Below are positions 1-10,642 of a stretch of DNA of 64,000 nt, one piece after another (the stretch's first letter is position 1; each line of letters opens with the position of its first letter). The stretch covers positions 131,753 through 195,752 of the forward strand of contig JAWKXC010000007.1 of NCBI GenBank assembly GCA_041397205.1, in the 5' to 3' direction. The translations under genes and the position numbers were made by a program. The notes under the pieces are model-generated. The model did not search any database. It was not told the DNA's origin and saw nothing but the letters and a program-made list of their open reading frames with translations. The DNA comes from Paracoccaceae bacterium (lineage in GTDB: Bacteria; Pseudomonadota; Alphaproteobacteria; Rhodobacterales; Rhodobacteraceae).

Positions 1-1
1 G

Positions 2-1351
2 GTGCGCATGGTGCTGCTCACCAACTGCACCTTCGATGGCCTCGTCTACAACGTCCAGCGGGTCATGGAAGAATGCCTCGCGATCAAGAAGGACCTCGTG
101 TTCCTCTGGGACGAGGCCTGGTTCGCCTTCGCCCGCTTCAACCCGACCTATCGCCAGCGCACCGGCATGGACGTCGCCAACACGCTACGCGAGAGCCTGC
201 GCACGCCCGAGACAGCGGCGGCCTGGGAAAAGCAGCTCAAGAAGCTCGACGGCGCCGACGACGAGACCTGGCTCAAGACAAGGCTGGTGCCGCCGCCCGA
301 TGCCCGCGTCCGGGTCTACTCCACCCAGTCGACCCACAAGACGCTGACCTCGCTCCGGCAGGGCTCGATGATCCACGTCAACGACCAGGATTTCAAAGGC
401 GAAGTCGAGCAGGCCTTCCACGAGGCCTATTTCACCCATACCTCGACCTCGCCGAACTATCAGATCATCGCGTCCCTCGACGTCGGGCGGCGGCAGGTCG
501 AGCTCGAAGGCTTCGAGTTCGTCCAGCGCCAGATCGAAAGCGCAATGGCGATCCGCCGCGCGGTCTCGACCCACCCGCTCCTGCAGAAGTACTTCACCGT
601 GCTCGCCGCCGGCGACATGATCCCGGAGAGCTTCCGCGAAAGCGGGGTCGAGAGCTACTACGACCCGGAGGCGGGCTGGACCGATTTGTGGGAGGCCTGG
701 AACAAGGACGAGTTCGTGCTCGATCCCACCCGCGTCACCCTCGCGGTCGGCGGCACCGGCTGGGACGGCGACACGTTCAAGACCAAGATCCTGATGGACA
801 AGTACGGGATCCAGATCAACAAGACCTCGCGCAACACCGTGCTGTTCATGACCAATATCGGCACCACGCGCTCCTCGGTCGCCTACCTGATCGAGGTGCT
901 GGTCGAGATCGCCAAGGAGATCGACGACCTGCTCGACGACGCCTCCAAGATGGAGCTGCGCTCGTTCCAGAACCGGGTCTCGGCGCTGGTCGAACACGTC
1001 CCGCCGCTGCCGGATTTCAGCTATTTCCACGAGGCGTTCCGGTTCGGCACCGAGACCTCCGAGGGCGACATCCGCCGCGCCTTCTTCCTCGCCTACGACG
1101 AGGACAAGTGCGATTACCTGCCGCTCGACGCCACGCTGATGGAGCGTCTCAAGGCGGGCGAGGAGCTGGTCTCGACCTCCTTCATCATCCCCTACCCGCC
1201 CGGCTTCCCGATCCTGGTGCCGGGTCAGGTCATCAGCCCCGAGATCATGAGCTTCATGATGGCGCTCGATGTGAGCGAGATCCACGGCTACCGCGCCGAT
1301 CTCGGGCTCAGGGTGTTCACCGAGGAGGCGCTGGACGCCGAAACCTCTTGA
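2..1351 (+). CDS. Orn/Lys/Arg decarboxylase family PLP enzyme, C-terminal part (5' end outside window)
   Basis: Motifs LTNCTFDG, WDEAWFAF, TQSTHKTL (PLP lysine), HTSTSPNY, IPYPPGFP. Confidence 0.9.
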   Translation: MRMVLLTNCTFDGLVYNVQRVMEECLAIKKDLVFLWDEAWFAFARFNPTYRQRTGMDVANTLRESLRTPETAAAWEKQLKKLDGADDETWLKTRLVPPPDARVRVYSTQSTHKTLTSLRQGSMIHVNDQDFKGEVEQAFHEAYFTHTSTSPNYQIIASLDVGRRQVELEGFEFVQRQIESAMAIRRAVSTHPLLQKYFTVLAAGDMIPESFRESGVESYYDPEAGWTDLWEAWNKDEFVLDPTRVTLAVGGTGWDGDTFKTKILMDKYGIQINKTSRNTVLFMTNIGTTRSSVAYLIEVLVEIAKEIDDLLDDASKMELRSFQNRVSALVEHVPPLPDFSYFHEAFRFGTETSEGDIRRAFFLAYDEDKCDYLPLDATLMERLKAGEELVSTSFIIPYPPGFPILVPGQVISPEIMSFMMALDVSEIHGYRADLGLRVFTEEALDAETS

Positions 1352-1420
1352 TATTCAAGGGAAACAGACAAGTTCCAAAACCGATAAAACAGGACGACCA
1401 ACAGGAAGGATGGAGCCGAC

Positions 1421-2873
1421 ATGGCCAAGAAGACCTTGAAGAACATCTCCGAGATCCGGCGGTACTTCCACACCAACGACGACCCGATCTATTTCGTCTC
1501 GGCGACCAATTTCAACCTGCTCGGGCTCGACGAATGGGTGAAGAACTTCAAGTACATCTGTTACATGGACTGTTTCGACGGGCGCCATCCCAACGTGCTT
1601 TGCCCCTCCGAGATGCCGCATGACGAGTTCCAGTCGATCGAGGACATCAACAACTACCTGCTCCAGCACAAGGAGGTGATCGACTACGTCAAGGCACGCG
1701 GCGGCAAGCCGAAATTCGTCTTCCTGATGTTCGACGAGAAGACCGAGGCGCTGGTCAAGGAACTTGGCGGCGAGGTCTGGTTCCCCAAGGCCAAGCTGCG
1801 CCAGGCGATGGACAACAAGATCGAGACCGTGCGGGTGGGCAACAAGGCGGGCGTTCCCTCGGTGCCGAATACGCTTTCGGAGGTCACCAGCTACGCCCAG
1901 CTCCAGGAGGTCTGCGCGGCGGCCGGGCTCGGCGACGACCTGGTGCTGCAATCGGCCTTCGGCGACAGCGGCCACACCACCTTTTTCATCAAGTCCGAGG
2001 CCGATTTCCGCAAGCATGAGCACGAGATCGTCGGCGAGGGCGAGATCAAGATCATGAAGCGGATCGACTGCCGCGGCTCGGCGATCGAGGCCTGCGCCAC
2101 CTCCGAGGGCACCATCGTCGGCCCGCTGATGACCGAGCTCGTCGGCTTCAAGGAACTGACCCCCTATCGCGGCGGCTGGTGCGGCAACGAGATCTTCTCG
2201 ACCGCCTTTCCGCCGAAATCCCGCCAGCAGGCCCGCGAGCCTGACCTTCAAGTTCGGCGAGCAGCTGCGCAAGGAAGGGTATCGCGGCTATTTCGAGCTG
2301 GATTTCCTGATCGACAAGAAGACCGGCGAGATCTGGCTGGGCGAGCTCAACCCGCGGATCACCGGCGCCAGCTCGATGACCAACCACGCGGCCTTTGCGC
2401 ATGCCGACGCGCCCCTGTTCCTGTTCCACCTGCTCGAATTCTCGAAGAAGGATTTCGCCCTCGACATCGAGGAGCTGAACGCCCGCTGGGCGGACCCGGA
2501 GATGATCGACAGCTGGTCGCAGATGGTCATCAAGCACACCGAGGACAATGTCGACATCATCACCCAGGCGCCGCAATCGGGGATCTACCGCATGCTGCCC
2601 GATGGCAAGGTGGTCTACGACCGGTTCGACTACCACCGCCGCGCGGTCGAGAACGAGGACGAGGCGTTTTTCCTGCGCATTTCCAACGTCGGCGACTACT
2701 GCTACGAGGGCGCCGATCTCGGCATCCTGGTCACCCGCGGCCGGTCGATGACCAAGAATTTCGCGCTCACCGAGAAGTCGAAGCAATGGATCGCCGGGAT
2801 CAAGTCGGCCTATTACGCAAGGCCGCTGCCGTCCGCGCAGGTGATGGAGGAGCCGGCGTTCAAGATCATGTAG
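1421..2873 (+). CDS. ATP-grasp (biotin carboxylase-like) ligase, one frameshift near 2240
   Basis: ORF 1421 (MDNKIET, FGDSGHTT, WCGNE) continues after one extra base as GYRGYFELDFL...GELNPRITG into ORF 2376-2873; GGAG RBS upstream. Confidence 0.8.
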
Positions 2874-3069
2874 GCCGCTTCGCCCGGGCGCAGGGCGCGC
2901 GCGGACGCGCGCGGCACCCCGGGCGGCGCGCCCGGGACCGCCTGAAAGATTAGTTAGCGATATCATGAGTGATTTCAACGACCTGATCCCCGTCCGAGTT
3001 CGCCCATCCCTCGCCCGCGCCCGTCGCGCCCCTCTTGCGACGGCGCCCGTTAAGGTCCATTCCTGCGCC

Positions 3070-4068
3070 ATGAGCCTGACCTTCCGCGCCATATCCGAGG
3101 ACCGGCCGGGCCCGAAATGGGCCGGGCTGTTTGCCGGGTACTGGCTGGCCTACGGCGCCTGGTGGGCGAGCGAAGGGCTGTCGGCCCGGCCGACCTATCT
3201 CGAATGCCGCCGCGCGCTCAAGACGCACATGCCCGAGATGGTGCCGCTCTGGGAGGAACTCACCGAGCTTGCCGGCGGCGGCGACATGGAGGCGCGTTTC
3301 CTGAGCTTCTACGGGCCGCCCGCCTACCTGTCCGGCTGCAGCCAGGCGGTCTGGCCCGGCGACACGCCGCTGCTCGTGCGCAATTACGACTACGACCCCC
3401 ACGCCTTCGACGCCGTCCTGCTCAAGACCCGCTGGCAGGGCCGCGGCGTGATCGGGCTCACCGACGGGCTGTTCGGGCTGGTCGACGGCATGAACGATGC
3501 CGGGCTCGCGGTGTCGCTCACCTTCGGCGGCCGGCGCGCGGTCGGCGAGGGGTTTGGCGTGCCGCTGATCCTGCGCTACGTGTTGCAGACCTGCGAAACC
3601 GTGGCCGAGGCCGGCGCGGTGCTGGCGCGCGTCCCCTGCCACATGAGCTACAACGTCACCGTGCTCGATGCCGCGCGCAACTACCTGACTGCGCTGCTCG
3701 CCCTCGACCGCCCGGCCGTGCTCTCGCACGCCCCGGTCGCGACCAACCACCAGGAACGGGTCGAATGGACCCGCCACGCCCGCTTCACCGCCACGGTCGA
3801 ACGCGAGCGCTTCCTGCTGCAGCAGCTCACCCTGCACCCGATGGCCGAGGACAAGTTCATCGCCACCTTCCTGCAGCCCCCGCTCTACTCGACCAACTTC
3901 CGCGACGGTTTCGGCACGCTCTACACCGCGGCCTACCGCCCGGCCGAAGGCCGGATGGAGCTGCACTGGCCGGGCCGGACCTGGGCCCAGAGCTTCGCCG
4001 ATTTCCGCGAAGGGTCGGTCGCGCTGGTCATACCCGACGCCGCCGTTCCGGCGCCGCGCTGGAGCTGA
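3070..4068 (+). CDS. C45 family Ntn-hydrolase (autoproteolytic acyltransferase/peptidase)
   Basis: SG/CSQ nucleophile site, LLVRNYDY, DGMNDAGL, ATNHQ. Confidence 0.85.
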   Translation: MSLTFRAISEDRPGPKWAGLFAGYWLAYGAWWASEGLSARPTYLECRRALKTHMPEMVPLWEELTELAGGGDMEARFLSFYGPPAYLSGCSQAVWPGDTPLLVRNYDYDPHAFDAVLLKTRWQGRGVIGLTDGLFGLVDGMNDAGLAVSLTFGGRRAVGEGFGVPLILRYVLQTCETVAEAGAVLARVPCHMSYNVTVLDAARNYLTALLALDRPAVLSHAPVATNHQERVEWTRHARFTATVERERFLLQQLTLHPMAEDKFIATFLQPPLYSTNFRDGFGTLYTAAYRPAEGRMELHWPGRTWAQSFADFREGSVALVIPDAAVPAPRWS

Positions 4069-4070
4069 TC

Positions 4071-4095
4071 CCTGCGCCCAAGGCAGGGCGCAAGG
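4071..4095. terminator. hairpin between convergent genes
   Basis: cctgcgccc...gggcgcaagg inverted repeat. Confidence 0.4.
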
Positions 4096-4102
4096 CCGGG
4101 CG

Positions 4103-4945
4103 TCAGCCGTCGATCCAGTCGGGCTTCGCCACCATGATCGACCCGAACTTGTCGGTGAGCGCGCGCAGGATCTCGTCCGAGATCGCCCGTTTCGGCCCGC
4201 CCGCCGACAGCACCCTCCGGTGGATCGACGCGGCCTTTTCGACGGTTTCGACCAGGCCGAAGATCTTGTCGGGGCTCTCTTCGCTCACGAAGATCCCGTG
4301 ATGGCTCCAGGAGATCACCCGGCTTTTCTCGAGCTCCACTGCCGAGGCTTCGGCGATCTCCACCGTGCCGGGCAGCAAGAGCGGCACCACCCGCACCCCG
4401 TCGGGAAAGATCACTATGCATTCGGGCATCTTCTCCCACAGCGCCCGGGTGAGCGCGCGGCTGTCGAGCGCTTCGAGGAACGACAACGCGATGAACTCCG
4501 GCGGGTGCGCGTGCAGGATCATCCGCTCGCGCCCGCCCGACAGCCGCTTGCGCACGGCGTCTGCTACAAGGTGCGTGGCGAATTCCGAGGTCGGCTTGGC
4601 GCCCGAGCTGAAGCCCCAGACCTGCCGCCAGCCGGTGCCGCCGTCGACGATCTGGACGATGCCGAACACCTGGTTCGGGCGTTCCAGCGCGTGGCGGAAG
4701 AACTGGCCCGAGCCGGTGACGAGGAAATACTCGCCGTCGAGATCGGGCTCGTCGATCGGCATCGGCACCGCGGGGCCGGGCTGAAGCTCGGCATAGTGAC
4801 GGGCGAGGCTGCCCTCGATCTCGTGGGTCGGCAGGCGCCAGGAGAAGTTGCCGCCATTGGCTTCGTTCCAGCCCATCTTCCAGCACAGGTGGATGAAGGG
4901 GGCGGCTTCCTTGACGAAGCTGATCGGGTGAGTGAAGGCGGCCAT
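4103..4945 (-). CDS. rhaD: rhamnulose-1-phosphate aldolase
   Basis: GWNEANGGNFS, TGSGQFFR, PTSEFATH, LHAHP, WSHHG; directly downstream of rhaA. Confidence 0.9.
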   Translation of the reverse strand: MAAFTHPISFVKEAAPFIHLCWKMGWNEANGGNFSWRLPTHEIEGSLARHYAELQPGPAVPMPIDEPDLDGEYFLVTGSGQFFRHALERPNQVFGIVQIVDGGTGWRQVWGFSSGAKPTSEFATHLVADAVRKRLSGGRERMILHAHPPEFIALSFLEALDSRALTRALWEKMPECIVIFPDGVRVVPLLLPGTVEIAEASAVELEKSRVISWSHHGIFVSEESPDKIFGLVETVEKAASIHRRVLSAGGPKRAISDEILRALTDKFGSIMVAKPDWIDG

Positions 4946-4946
4946 G

Positions 4947-6191
4947 CTATCCCCTCCCCGCGACCGAGGCCTGGTAGGCATCGAGTTCGGCGGCGAGCGC
5001 CTGACCCACCGGCACCTCGTTGCGGTCGCAGAACTCGGCCCAGACCGCAGCAAACGGCAGGTCCTTCAGCTCCTCGGTCAGCACCAGGCGGGTGGTGAAG
5101 TCGAGCTTTTCCTCTGCGGCCTTGAGTTGCGCCTGCGGCAAGAGCAACGCCCTCAGCAGGGCCTTCTGCATGTTGCGGGTGCCGATCACCCAGGCGGCGG
5201 TGCGGCTGATGGTGGCGTCGAAGAAATCGAGCCCGATATGGGTGCGGCCGAGCAGGTCGGCAAAGACCAGCTCCTGCGCCATCTGCAGGATGCTGTCATC
5301 GAGCAGGATCACGTGGTCCGAGTCCCAGCGCATCGGGCGCGACACATGCAGCAGCAGCTCGTCCACCGACAGCGCCACCGAGGACAGCTTGTCGGCGATG
5401 TTCTCGGTCGGGTGGAAATGGCCCATGTCGAGGCACAGGAGCGTGCCCTTGCGGATCGCGTAGCCGAGGTAGAACTCGTGGCTACCCACGGTCATCGCCT
5501 CGACCCCGATGCCGAAGAGCTTCGATTCCACCGCGTCCAGCATGTGCGCCTTGTCGAAGGGCGTGGCGATCATCTCGTCGAGCGAGGCCTCCAGCCGCCG
5601 CCGCGCTGCCATCCGGTCGACGGGCACGTCCTTCGAGCCGTCCGGCACCCAGATGTTGTTGACCGCCGGGCTGCCCAGCGCCTTGCCGATCCCGGCGGCG
5701 ATTTCGCGGCTGCGCTTGCCGTGTTCGATCCAGAACTCGCGGATGCCCCTGTCGGGGTGGGAGAGCGTGAGGTTGTCGTCGGCCTTGGCATGGGCAAAGA
5801 AGGTCGGGTTGAAATCGAGCCCGATCCCCTGCGCCTTCGCCCAGTCGACCCAGGGCGCGAAATGGCGGTATTCGATCTCGTCTCGGTCCGGCGTTTCGTC
5901 GGTATCCATGTAGAAGGCGTGCAGGTTCAGCCGGTGCTTGCCAGGGATCTGGGCATAGGCAAATTCCAGATCGGCGCGCAGTTCGTCGGGGGTGCGGGCA
6001 CGGCCGGGGTGGTTGCCGGTGGCCTGGATGCCGCCGCCGGAGCTGCCGGATTGGCCCTCGAAGCCGACCACGTCGTCGCCCTGCCAGCAATGCATCGAGA
6101 TCGGGATCGTCCCGAGCGCGGTCATCGCCGCTTCGGTGTCGACGCCCCAATCGGCGAATACCGCGCGCGCGGCTTCATAGGATCTGCTCAT
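4947..6191 (-). CDS. rhaA: L-rhamnose isomerase (RhaA type)
   Basis: ISMHCWQGDDVVGFE, GLDFNPT, WVPDGSKD, VESKLFGIG, HVSRPMRWDSDHV, GLDFFDA. Confidence 0.95.
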   Translation of the reverse strand: MSRSYEAARAVFADWGVDTEAAMTALGTIPISMHCWQGDDVVGFEGQSGSSGGGIQATGNHPGRARTPDELRADLEFAYAQIPGKHRLNLHAFYMDTDETPDRDEIEYRHFAPWVDWAKAQGIGLDFNPTFFAHAKADDNLTLSHPDRGIREFWIEHGKRSREIAAGIGKALGSPAVNNIWVPDGSKDVPVDRMAARRRLEASLDEMIATPFDKAHMLDAVESKLFGIGVEAMTVGSHEFYLGYAIRKGTLLCLDMGHFHPTENIADKLSSVALSVDELLLHVSRPMRWDSDHVILLDDSILQMAQELVFADLLGRTHIGLDFFDATISRTAAWVIGTRNMQKALLRALLLPQAQLKAAEEKLDFTTRLVLTEELKDLPFAAVWAEFCDRNEVPVGQALAAELDAYQASVAGRG

Positions 6192-6514
6192 CTCTTCTCT
6201 CCTTTCCCGCGGTCATCGAAACCGCCGATTGTCACGGCCGGGATCGGCCACCCTGGCCGCGCCCGTCGGTCGCATGTCTCGGGGCACCGCCTTGCGGAGG
6301 CTCGGCATGTGTTCGGTCCCGGCAGCCGGCAGCGGCGAGCTCCCGGAAATCGTGGACATCATGGCATCGGCCCAGGCGCATGCGCCCGCCTCCGTTGACC
6401 GCCACCGGCCGACGCGCTAGGCTCGCCGGGCCGACGCGGCAGACGGTCCCACGACCCGTCCCCCGTGCCGGACACTTCCGGATTCCAACCAGCCTCCCGA
6501 AAAGGGGAAACGCC

Positions 6515-6775
6515 ATGTCCGAATGGCTTGTGAACGGGATCGGCGCCGTCGCCGGCGTGCTCGGCACGCTGGTCTGGCTGCCGCAACTCTCCAAGATCTG
6601 GCGCTCGCGCGAGACCCGCGACCTGTCGCTCGCGTCGAACCTGCTGCTGTTCGCCACGATCTCGATGTGGACCGTATATGCCTTCGCCATCGGCGCGGTG
6701 CCGATGATCGTGTCGAACCTCGTGGGCGGAGCGATCGTGGCGGTCATCATCGGGTTCAAGCTGCGTTACGGCTAG
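6515..6775 (+). CDS. SemiSWEET / PQ-loop sugar transporter
   Basis: 86 aa, three hydrophobic segments, WLPQ...K.W...ETRDLSL, PMIVSN; RBS aagggg before ATG 6515. Confidence 0.85.
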   Translation: MSEWLVNGIGAVAGVLGTLVWLPQLSKIWRSRETRDLSLASNLLLFATISMWTVYAFAIGAVPMIVSNLVGGAIVAVIIGFKLRYG

Positions 6776-8866
6776 CGGGTGAACGCTTCCTTGTTGCCGG
6801 CATCGACGTTGAGGATGTTGCCGGTCGACTTGGCGGAGAGGTCGGAGGCGAGGAAATAGGCCGCCTCGGCGATGTCCTCGGGGAAGACCGAGCGCTTCAG
6901 CATCGAGCGGTTGCGGTACATCTCTTCGAGCCCTTCCTTGTCGGTCTTGTAGGTCGAGGCGCGCTGTTCGAGCCATTCGCCCTCCCAGATCTTCGAGCCC
7001 CTCAGTACCGCGTCGGGATTGACCACGTTGACCCTTATGCCCGCCTCGGCGCCTTCCAGCGCGAGGCAGCGGGCAAGGTGGATTTCCGAGGCCTTGGCGG
7101 TGCAATAGGCCGCCGCGTTCGGCGAGGCGGCGAGGCCGTTCTTCGAGGCGACGAAGACTACCGCGCCGCCCATGTCCTGGGCGCGCAGGAGCTTGAAGGC
7201 TTCGCGCGAGACCAGGAAATAGCCCGTCGACAGGATGTCCATGTTGCGGTTCCACAGCTCCAGCGAGGTCTCCTCGACCGGGGCGGAGCTGGCGATGCCG
7301 GCATTCGACACCAGGATGTCGAGCCCGCCGAATTCCACTGCGACCTCTTCGTAGGCGCGGGCCACGGCGGCTTCGTCGGTGACGTTCATAGCGACGGTGC
7401 GCACCACGTCCCTGCCGTAGCGCTGGACCAGGCCCGCAGCGGTCGCGGCCAGGCTGTCTTCGTTGATGTCGGCGAGCATCACGCAGGCGCCTTCCGAGAG
7501 GTATTTCCCGGCCACCGCCGCGCCGATCCCCCCTGCCCCGCCTGTGACCAGCGCCACCCGGCCGGCCAGGCTTTTCGGTTTCGGCATCCGCTGCAGCTTG
7601 GCCTCTTCGAGTAGCCAGTACTCGATGTCGAAGGCCTCCTGCTCGGGCAGGCCGACATAGGTGCTGACCGCGGAAGCACCGCGCATCACGTTGATCGCGT
7701 TGACGTAGAACTCGCCCGAGATCCGCGCCGTCGCCTTGTCCTTGGCGAAGGTGATCATACCGACGCCGGGCACCAGCCAGACCACCGCGTTGGGGTCGCG
7801 CAGAGCGGGTGAATCGTCATGCTTGCAGCGCTCGTAATAGGCCGTGTAATCGGCGCGGTAGGCCGCGACCTGCTCGGGCAGCCCGGCCAGCACCTCGTCG
7901 ATATTGCCCTTCGCCGGGTCGAAAGCGACGACCAGCGGCCGGATCTTGGTGCGCAGGAAATGGTCCGGGCAGGAGGTGCCCAGCGCCGCCAGCGGCGACA
8001 GGTCGTTCGAATTGACGAAGTCCAGCACTTCCGGCTGGTCGTTGAAATGGCCGACCATGTGCTGCAGCCCCGAGACCATGCCGCGGGCCGCCGGCATCAG
8101 CTTTGCCGCGACGGCGCGGCGGGCGTCGGCCCCGAGGCTCTCGTGCCGCGCGCCACCGAAGGCGGGCTTGCCCGCGGTCTTCGCTGCAAACCAGTCGGTG
8201 GCCTTCTGGATGATCTCCAGCGTCAGTTCGTAGCACGCCTTGGCGTCGTCGGCCCAGGTGAACAGCCCGTGGCTTTCCAGGACAACGCCCTTGGCGTCGG
8301 GGTTGTCGAGGCAGAACTTCTCCAGCCACAGCCCCAGCTCGTAGCCCGGCCGCTTCCACGGCAGCCAGCCGATTTCGCCCCCGTAGATCTCGGCCGTGAG
8401 CTCCTTCGAGTTCTGCGCCGCCGCAATGGCGATCACCGCGTCGGGGTGCATGTGGTCGACGTGTTTCTTAGGCACATAGGCATGCAGCGGGGTATCGATC
8501 GAGGCGGCGCGCGGGTTGAGGTTGAAGGTGCAATGGGGGAGGAAGCCCACCATCTCGTCTTCATATTCCACCCCGCGATAGATGGTCTTCAGCGCCCGCA
8601 GCTTGTCCATGTAGAGCGTGGCGAAGCCGTCGAGCTTCATCGAGCCGACATCGCCGCCCGAGCCCTTGACCCAGAGCACCTCGACCGCCTCGCCGGTCAC
8701 CGGGTCGCGCTCCATCACCTTGGCCGAGGTGTTGCCGCCGCCGTAATTGGTGATGCGCATGTCGGAGCCGAGCAGGTTGGACCGGTAGAGCAGCTTTTCC
8801 GACTCGCTCATCGCCGCCGCGCGGGCGTCGTCCCAACCGTTCGCAAGACGCTGGTTTGCAGCGGTA
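6772..8866 (-). CDS. bifunctional rhamnulose-phosphate aldolase/SDR dehydrogenase (RhaEW/YuxG type); native start removed by IS
   Basis: NYGGGNTS, KGSGGD, HVDHMHPD, GTSCPDHFLRTK, EYWLLEEAK, TGGAGGIG, YCTAK; frame stays open upstream of Met 8811 (..LANGWDDARAAAM) up to the IS end at 8867. Confidence 0.9.
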
Positions 8867-9703
8867 TGTCCTCCGTCAGCGCTCTTGGGACATCTGAGTT
8901 GATTTTGTAACGGAGGGTTTCTGGCTCATCGTAACCACCAAGGAGTGAAGATGAGACAGAAACCCGGAACAGCGAAGCCGACGGCGGAGTCGATGGTGAA
9001 GGACATCCGCCGGCGCACGCGGAAGCATCATTCGGCCGAAGAGAAGATCCGGATCGTGTTGGATGGGCTACGCGGCGAGGATAGCATTGCCGAGCTCTGC
9101 CGACGCGAGGGGATCGCCACGAGCCTCTACTATAGCTGGTCGAAGGAGTTCCTCGAGGCGGGCAAGAAGCGGCTCGCGGGCGACACGGCCCGCCAGGCGA
9201 CGAGCCCCGAGGTCAAGGATCTGCGGCAGGAGGCGGCGGCACTGAAGGAGGCGGTGGCTGATCTCACGCTCGAGAACCGGCTGCTCAAAAAAAGCATGCT
9301 CGGGGATGGGGACGAAGAGGCATGAGGTATCCCGCATCCGAGAAGCTCGAGATCATCCGGCAGGTCGAGCAATCGCACCTCCCAGCGAAACGGACACTGG
9401 ACATGTTGGGCATCCCGCGCACGACTTTCTACCGCTGGTATGACCGCTACCTGTCGCTCGGCGCCGTCGGGCTCGAAGACCGGCCCTCGCAGCCGGGTCG
9501 GGTCTGGAACCGGATCCCCGACAAGGTGCGCAAGCAGATCGTTGATCTGGCCCTCGACGAGTCCGATCTGTCGCCGCGGGAACTCGCCGTCCGGTTCACT
9601 GACACCCGGCGCTACTTCGTGTCGGAAGCCAGCGTCTACAGGGTTCTGAAGGCGCATGACCTGGTCACCAGCCCGGCCTTCGTGGTGATCAAGGCAGCCG
9701 ACG
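8867..9703 (+). mobile_element. IS3-family element A, left part (orfA 8951-9325, start of orfB 9322)
   Basis: Left IR TGTCCTCCGTCAG matches right end CTGACGACGGACA at 12994-13006; HTH orfA (EEKIRIVLDGLRGEDSIAELCRREGI). Confidence 0.9.
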
Positions 9704-10642
9704 TGATCCTCCCCCAATGAAGTGGTCGGCCGTTATGTTTAGGAAAACGGAGGATCAGAATGGCTACGAAACGACACAAGCCCGAGGAAATTGTCACGAA
9801 GCTGCGGCAGGTTGAGGTGCTTGTCGGGCAAGGCATGGCACGGGTGGATGCGATCCGCGAGGTTCGCATTACCGAGCAGACCTATTATCGCTGGCGCAAG
9901 CAGTATGGCGGTATGGGAACCGACCAACTCAGGGAACTGAAGCGTCTCCAGAAAGAGAACGAACGACTGAGGAAAGCCGTGTCGGATCTGACGCTGGACA
10001 AGCTCATCCTGGCGGAGGCAGCAAAGGGAAACTTCTGAGCCCCGCTCGTCGTCGTGCCTGCATTGACCATGTTCGCAACGAGCTGGGCATCTCGGAACGT
10101 CGAGCCTGCCGAGTATTGCACCAGCATCGCTCGACGCAGCGCAAGCTACCGAGGGGGCGGGCTGATGAAGAGCGCCTGGTTGCCGACATGATCGAACTGG
10201 CTCGCCAGTATGGACGCTACGGCTATCGTCGGATCGCGGCTCTGCTGAGAGATGCGGGCTGGGAGGTCAACGACAAGCGTGTCGAACGGCTGTGGCGGCG
10301 AGAGGGGCTGAAGGTACCCATGAAGCAACCGAAAAAAGCCGGCTCTGGCTGAACGATGGATCCTGCGTCCGGCTTCGGCCGGAAGTATCGGAACCACGTC
10401 TGGAGCTATGACTTCGTGCATTACCGGACGGAGGACGGAAAGGTCTTCAGGACGCTCAACATCCTGGACGAGCACAGCCGGGAGTGCCTGGCGATCAGGG
10501 TGAAGCGTAAACTGAACTCAGGTGACGTGATCGACGCCCTGAGTGACCTGTTCATCATGCGGGGCGTGCCGGCTTACATCCGGTCAGACAATGGCCCGGG
10601 TTCGTGGCGCAGGCAGTTCAGGACTGGATTGCCGCCGTCGGC
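9704..10642 (+). mobile_element. IS3-family element B, 3'-truncated, inserted in element A
   Basis: Starts TGATCCTCCCCC; orfA 9760-10038 ending in slippery AAAGGGAAAC; orfB motifs YGYRRI, WSYDF, IRSDNGP. Confidence 0.9.

Noticed and set aside
2875-2945. GC-rich palindromic stretch as a REP or mobile repeat
   Set aside because: No second copy seen in the window; may be a simple intergenic hairpin
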